DNA of 64,000 nucleotides. It comes from an uncultured Gemmatimonadales bacterium (GTDB taxonomy: Bacteria > Gemmatimonadota > Gemmatimonadetes > Longimicrobiales > RSA9). The notes beneath the pieces were generated by a model. It was not told the DNA's origin, ran no database searches, and saw only the letters and a program-made list of their open reading frames with translations. Positions 60,901-64,000 of this stretch are shown here, piece by piece. Numbering within the stretch: position 1 is the stretch's first letter; every line of letters starts with the position of its first letter. The position numbers and the translations under genes are program-made. The stretch lies in assembly GCA_963741945.1 (NCBI GenBank), contig CAVUKA010000003.1:192001-256000 (forward strand), read 5' to 3'.

Positions 60901-61683
60901 CTGCGTCAGCGGTGGGAAGCGGGCGTGCATCACGGGCTTCCCATCCAGGACGAGCGTCCAGTCCGCTCCCGCCGCCGCCCCCGGACCGAAGCGGGGACGC
61001 TCTCCCGTCACCGCCTCGAATCGCTCACTCAGCGCGTTCGTTCTCCCGCGCAGCGGGGGTCCGGCCTGTAGCAGCATGGCTGCCACTGCTCGTCGTCCCT
61101 CTCCCGCCGGCGCCACCGCGTACAGGTACGTGAACAGGGTCCCGTCCGTGTACACGATCCCCGGCTCCGCATGGACCACCACGTCCGGCAGCCGGCCCCG
61201 GTGCTCGCCTGCCCAAACCACCGGCCACCCGTTCGGGTCCACCAGCGCCACAGCCGCCACTTCCGTGCGCTCCCGGATCCGCGCCATCGCATCGAAGGAA
61301 GCCTCCCAGCCGGGGTCGGCCGCGAGATACGCCGCGGCCGTGACCCGCCGGATCGCCCCTTCCATGCGGTCCTGCAGCCGGGACGAAAGGCGCTCCTGCC
61401 TCGCTTCGACCACCCCGGACCAGTCGCTCAGCCCGCGCTCGAGACGCAGTGTGGTTGCGCCCGCCGCGACAACGGCGAGCGAGAGCGTGGCCAGCGCCAC
61501 CGGGGCCAGCGTCCGCTCACGGGAGGTCCGGAGCCGACGCACTTCGACCGCCACGGCGGTCGCCACGACGCCCAGCGCCAGCAGCAGCGCCCATGGAGCG
61601 AGCGTGCGGCTCCAGAGCAGGAGCGCCAGCATGCCACCAAAACCGACGACGACCACCGTGCGCTTCGGCCCCTGCGGCGTCAT
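57943..61683 (-). CDS. Very large multi-TM HAMP histidine kinase (NtrY-like)
   Basis: MARQVAHEIKNPLTPI, NLLENA, DNGRG, GTGLGL, HAMP DEFGEL; many TM segments. Confidence 0.88.
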   Translation of the reverse strand: MTPQGPKRTVVVVGFGGMLALLLWSRTLAPWALLLALGVVATAVAVEVRRLRTSRERTLAPVALATLSLAVVAAGATTLRLERGLSDWSGVVEARQERLSSRLQDRMEGAIRRVTAAAYLAADPGWEASFDAMARIRERTEVAAVALVDPNGWPVVWAGEHRGRLPDVVVHAEPGIVYTDGTLFTYLYAVAPAGEGRRAVAAMLLQAGPPLRGRTNALSERFEAVTGERPRFGPGAAAGADWTLVLDGKPVMHARFPPLTQGEWRSRVTRTGREMVFVLVLVALGLLSAIWLRSLEHRGGLAASVPLLGLSATLMAAPLRRTFGLDRLFSPGFFVLPVPGDFVIEGVIVVLLPLAALMATVRPPGTRRGDLWLRLSVGAALAGGGFAVGTGVMTASAGLPMLTSVGPLWYVLQTTTVVLLTVLAAILIPRAIRSGERRPVALYLAAGAAAAVGLSVAVAVAWRPGRPAPTPLLLAWSIPFLLSARGLAGYTGRGELLLRWLVAGWLAATAVIPHLWVASEEANIRQAEAELESFGTRADPFLTYLLVRFAAELQQAQAQGGQGLDLLYESWVGSGLASEPYPLEISLWDGSGNRVASLPLGVRLGPGDPGMREVERVVAAAMAYGVMENVPADGGGVSRILAVPLSDERAVSVAVAPRANLQPTSALATFIEGEARSPVTLELLPVQSGVVPPKVTGWHRVGDAWRKEALVQEGPDTYHAHLELRMAPRGIRFARAMLLVTLDLVLLTGLWFGGRLAGGDPPAPPGGWTGWLGGFRARLIVSLFAFFLLPTAVFGWAAYRALAEEVTRAAREVAERAVVHAAGLLPQTGLEETATRTGEDLLYYERGALTEASMPAAVELGLYDAWMPPDLFAAIASGEARGGTERGTLAGRPYLVAYRRLPDAMADVAVPVWLAARDVAVRQREFGHLVLFGVLVGAVLSLALSVLVGRALARPIGELRRAASAVGRGRLGVRLPEQRRDEFGELFASFNVMTRRLRRARAQEVRTARILAWGEMARQVAHEIKNPLTPIKLSVQHVRRAYRDGRQDFESILETSVEHILAEIERLSEIAKAFSRYGAPQETTGSTEPVDVVAIARDILTLYRAPDRAVVYRLSAGAGSAMAVARAPELREVIVNLLENARAAVPDGGTVEVLVRDETDRVRLEVSDNGRGIPEEQLPRIFEPHFSTRSSGTGLGLAIVRRLVEGWGGAVGADSEPGEGTTVWLTIPKPATPPPGAEGGVGVEPA

Positions 61684-61692
61684 ACTGTCTCC

Positions 61693-62439
61693 ATGAACGA
61701 CAATGGCGCTTCTCCCTTCGCCCTGGACGAGCTCAGCTGGATCGATGCCGCGGCACACCTCGCCCGCGACCCCCGGCTCATCATTCCCGTCGGCGCCCTC
61801 GAGCAGCACGGTCCCCACCTGCCCCTGGGCAGCAACGTGGTCATCGCCAAGCGCTTCGCTCTCGACCTGTCAGAGGAGTTCGGCGTGCTGCGTGCCCCCA
61901 CCTTCGCCTACGGCGTCAATGTACGGACGGAGCGGGCGTACGCCGGAACCGCCTCGCTCGGGCGCAAGTCACTCCACCGCGCTCTCAACGAACTCCTCGA
62001 TGGATGGGAGATGCACGGCGTCTCGGAGTTTATCCTCATCACCGCGCACCGGCACGAACCACACATGGAAGCGCTGGCCACGCTCGTCACCACCGAGGCG
62101 CGCGTTCGCGTGGTCGATATCTGGGACGTGCCCATCCACGACCTCCTCGAAGGGCAGGAAGCCGCTGAGCACGCCGGCGAAGCCGAGACGTCACTCATGC
62201 TCCATCTGCATCCCGAACTCGTGCGCATGGACCGGGCAAAGGACTTCGAGCTCCCCCCGGACGAGTTCCGCCGGTACATGCGCGGCGGCATGCCCACACC
62301 TCCCGCCGGCGGCACGGGCTGCGTGGGACGACCCACCCTCGCATCCGCAGACAAGGGGGCCCGCATCTATCTCCGGATCCTCGACGCCATCCGCCGCGCC
62401 GTCTTCGTCACTCCCGACCAGGGCACCGATACGCTGTGA
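61693..62439 (+). CDS. Creatininase family protein (divergent active site)
   Basis: PVGALEQHGPHLP, HAGEAETS, GCVGRP. Confidence 0.85.
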   Translation: MNDNGASPFALDELSWIDAAAHLARDPRLIIPVGALEQHGPHLPLGSNVVIAKRFALDLSEEFGVLRAPTFAYGVNVRTERAYAGTASLGRKSLHRALNELLDGWEMHGVSEFILITAHRHEPHMEALATLVTTEARVRVVDIWDVPIHDLLEGQEAAEHAGEAETSLMLHLHPELVRMDRAKDFELPPDEFRRYMRGGMPTPPAGGTGCVGRPTLASADKGARIYLRILDAIRRAVFVTPDQGTDTL

Positions 62440-62514
62440 ACAGCCAGTCCCGCGGGTTCGAACTCCGTCGGGGGCCAGGTGTACCCATAGCAGAACTGAA
62501 CCATAGGACCGCCC

Positions 62515-63201
62515 ATGATCATTCGCACGTCGGCTCTTGTCACGCTTGCGCTCGTCGCCCTCACGGGCAGCGCTCGCGCTCAGAACCAGACCATCGACCA
62601 GGGGATCTTCAGGCTCTCCGTTCGCGGACAGCCCGTGGGCACCGAGACGTTCACCATCCAGCGCAAGGGCGAGGGTCCATCCAGTGTCGTCGTGGCGCAG
62701 GCCCGCATGTCCCTCGACAATGGCGATGAAACCCGGACCCTGCTCCAGACCGAGGGCCTCGACCTCCGTCCCACTGCGTACCAGATTGAGGTAACCGGGC
62801 CCGACAAGCAAAGCATTCGAGGACAGGCCGCCGGCAACCGGTTCCGCGCCCAGATCGTCTCCAACTCGGGCGAGATGATGCGTGAGTATCTCGCCAGCGA
62901 GGGCGCCGTCATCATCGATCAGGGCGTCGCACACCAGTACTATTTCCTCGCGCCCCACCTCCAGGACGGGGCATCGGTGCCGATCATCATCCCTCGCGAG
63001 AGCCGCCAGGTCTCCGCTTCCATTTCAAGCCAGGGTCGCGAATCCATCGAGATCGGCGGACACCAGGTCTCCGCCCGCAAGTTCAGCATCCGGCCCGCTG
63101 GCATGCCCGAGCGGACCATCTGGGTGGATGACCAGGGCCGCGTGCTGCGCCTGAACATTCCCTCTCAGAACTACGTGGCCGAGCGCACCGCCCTCCCCTG
63201 A
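62515..63201 (+). CDS. Secreted beta-rich hypothetical protein
   Basis: Signal peptide ending ARA-Q; GTETFTI...IWVDDQGRVL pattern (DUF3108/DUF6134-like). Confidence 0.65.
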   Translation: MIIRTSALVTLALVALTGSARAQNQTIDQGIFRLSVRGQPVGTETFTIQRKGEGPSSVVVAQARMSLDNGDETRTLLQTEGLDLRPTAYQIEVTGPDKQSIRGQAAGNRFRAQIVSNSGEMMREYLASEGAVIIDQGVAHQYYFLAPHLQDGASVPIIIPRESRQVSASISSQGRESIEIGGHQVSARKFSIRPAGMPERTIWVDDQGRVLRLNIPSQNYVAERTALP

Positions 63202-63378
63202 TCCATGCATCACGGGTACCGGGCGCCGTCCGCCCACTCCGTTGACCCGGCTCGGAGCCGGTGCATTCCACGGCGATACGCCATTCCCGACCGCTGTGTG
63301 CAGCGTGCGAAACATTGCGCGGGGCATCTGCGTACAGGGGCGGGTCGCACCCGAAAACATTCTCGAATCCGGACCATC

Positions 63379-64000
63379 ATGAATCGATCTGCTGTCATCC
63401 TCCTCCTGGCACTCGTCGCGCGACCGGCGCTGGCGCAGGAGGCGCCCGCAAGGCTCAGCCTGGAGGAAGCCGTAGCGCTGGCGCGTGAGAATAACCCGGA
63501 CTTCCAGTCCCGCCTGAACGACGCGACGGTGGCGGACTGGGGGGTGCGCGCGGCGTACGGGAATCTGCTCCCGTCGGCGTCGGTGAGTGGTGGTGTGAGC
63601 TATCAGGGCGGCGGCCAGGCGCGCATCGGCGGCTACACGTCGAGCGACATCGGGCTGGGCAGCACGCCGTCGTACTACTACTCGAGCTACCAGGTGGGCC
63701 TGAATCTGGGGCTGTCGGGCGCCGATCTGTACCGGGTGAAGCAGCAGCGCCAGTCGCGTGCCGCAGTGGTGGCGGGCATCGATGCCGCGGGTCTCACCCT
63801 GGAAGCGCAGGTCACACAGCAGTACCTGGCAGCGCTGCGGGCGGGTGACGGCGTGGACCTGGCGGTGGCGCAGCTGGATCGTGCCGAGGCGAACAAGGCG
63901 CTGGCGGAGGCGAGATATTCGGCTCAGGCGGCCACGGCCATCGAGGCAAAGCAGGCCGAAGTGGAGCGAGGCCGCGCGGAGGTGGAGCTGGTCCGGGCGC
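63379..64000 (+). CDS. TolC family protein (5' part, runs off window)
   Basis: Not in ORF track. Reads MNRSAVILLLALVARPALAQEAPARLSLEEAVALARENNP...AYGNLLPS...VTQQYLAAL. Confidence 0.85.
   Translation, partial: MNRSAVILLLALVARPALAQEAPARLSLEEAVALARENNPDFQSRLNDATVADWGVRAAYGNLLPSASVSGGVSYQGGGQARIGGYTSSDIGLGSTPSYYYSSYQVGLNLGLSGADLYRVKQQRQSRAAVVAGIDAAGLTLEAQVTQQYLAALRAGDGVDLAVAQLDRAEANKALAEARYSAQAATAIEAKQAEVERGRAEVELVRA

Overview
High-GC (roughly 70% by eye), gene-dense core-chromosome segment. It is most consistent with a Gemmatimonadota (FCB-group) bacterium; this is inferred from the rplM-rpsI-rpsB-tsf order and a short RpoD-family sigma with FISYAVWWIRQ. The minus strand carries large housekeeping operons: rimP-nusA-L7Ae-infB-DUF503-rbfA-truB-ribF-rpsO-pnp-M16-ald; serS-HK-pcrA-gatCAB-M61; and rplM-rpsI-rpsB-tsf-pyrH-frr-uppS-cdsA-dxr-rseP. 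Envelope and signalling genes include murA, pgeF, manC, a GlmU-like protein, lepB, degP, tolC-macA-macB-like genes and NtrY/NtrX-like proteins. I found no CRISPR array, integrase, transposase, rRNA or intact tRNA. The best candidates for under-described biology are: (1) an operon of PTS-EIIA, non-canonical PII-like protein and CPA2 antiporter, followed by DUF948, YtxH and a Zn-phospholipase C; (2) an orphan Fe-S-type LarE translationally coupled to a small protein resembling its own C-terminus, next to an RNA 2',3'-cyclic phosphodiesterase; (3) a recurring ECF-type promoter motif (AAC-N16/17-CGT) before several envelope genes; (4) a Cys-to-Asp (fosfomycin-resistant type) MurA. All calls are from reading motifs by eye; no database searches were run, and several start codons are best guesses.
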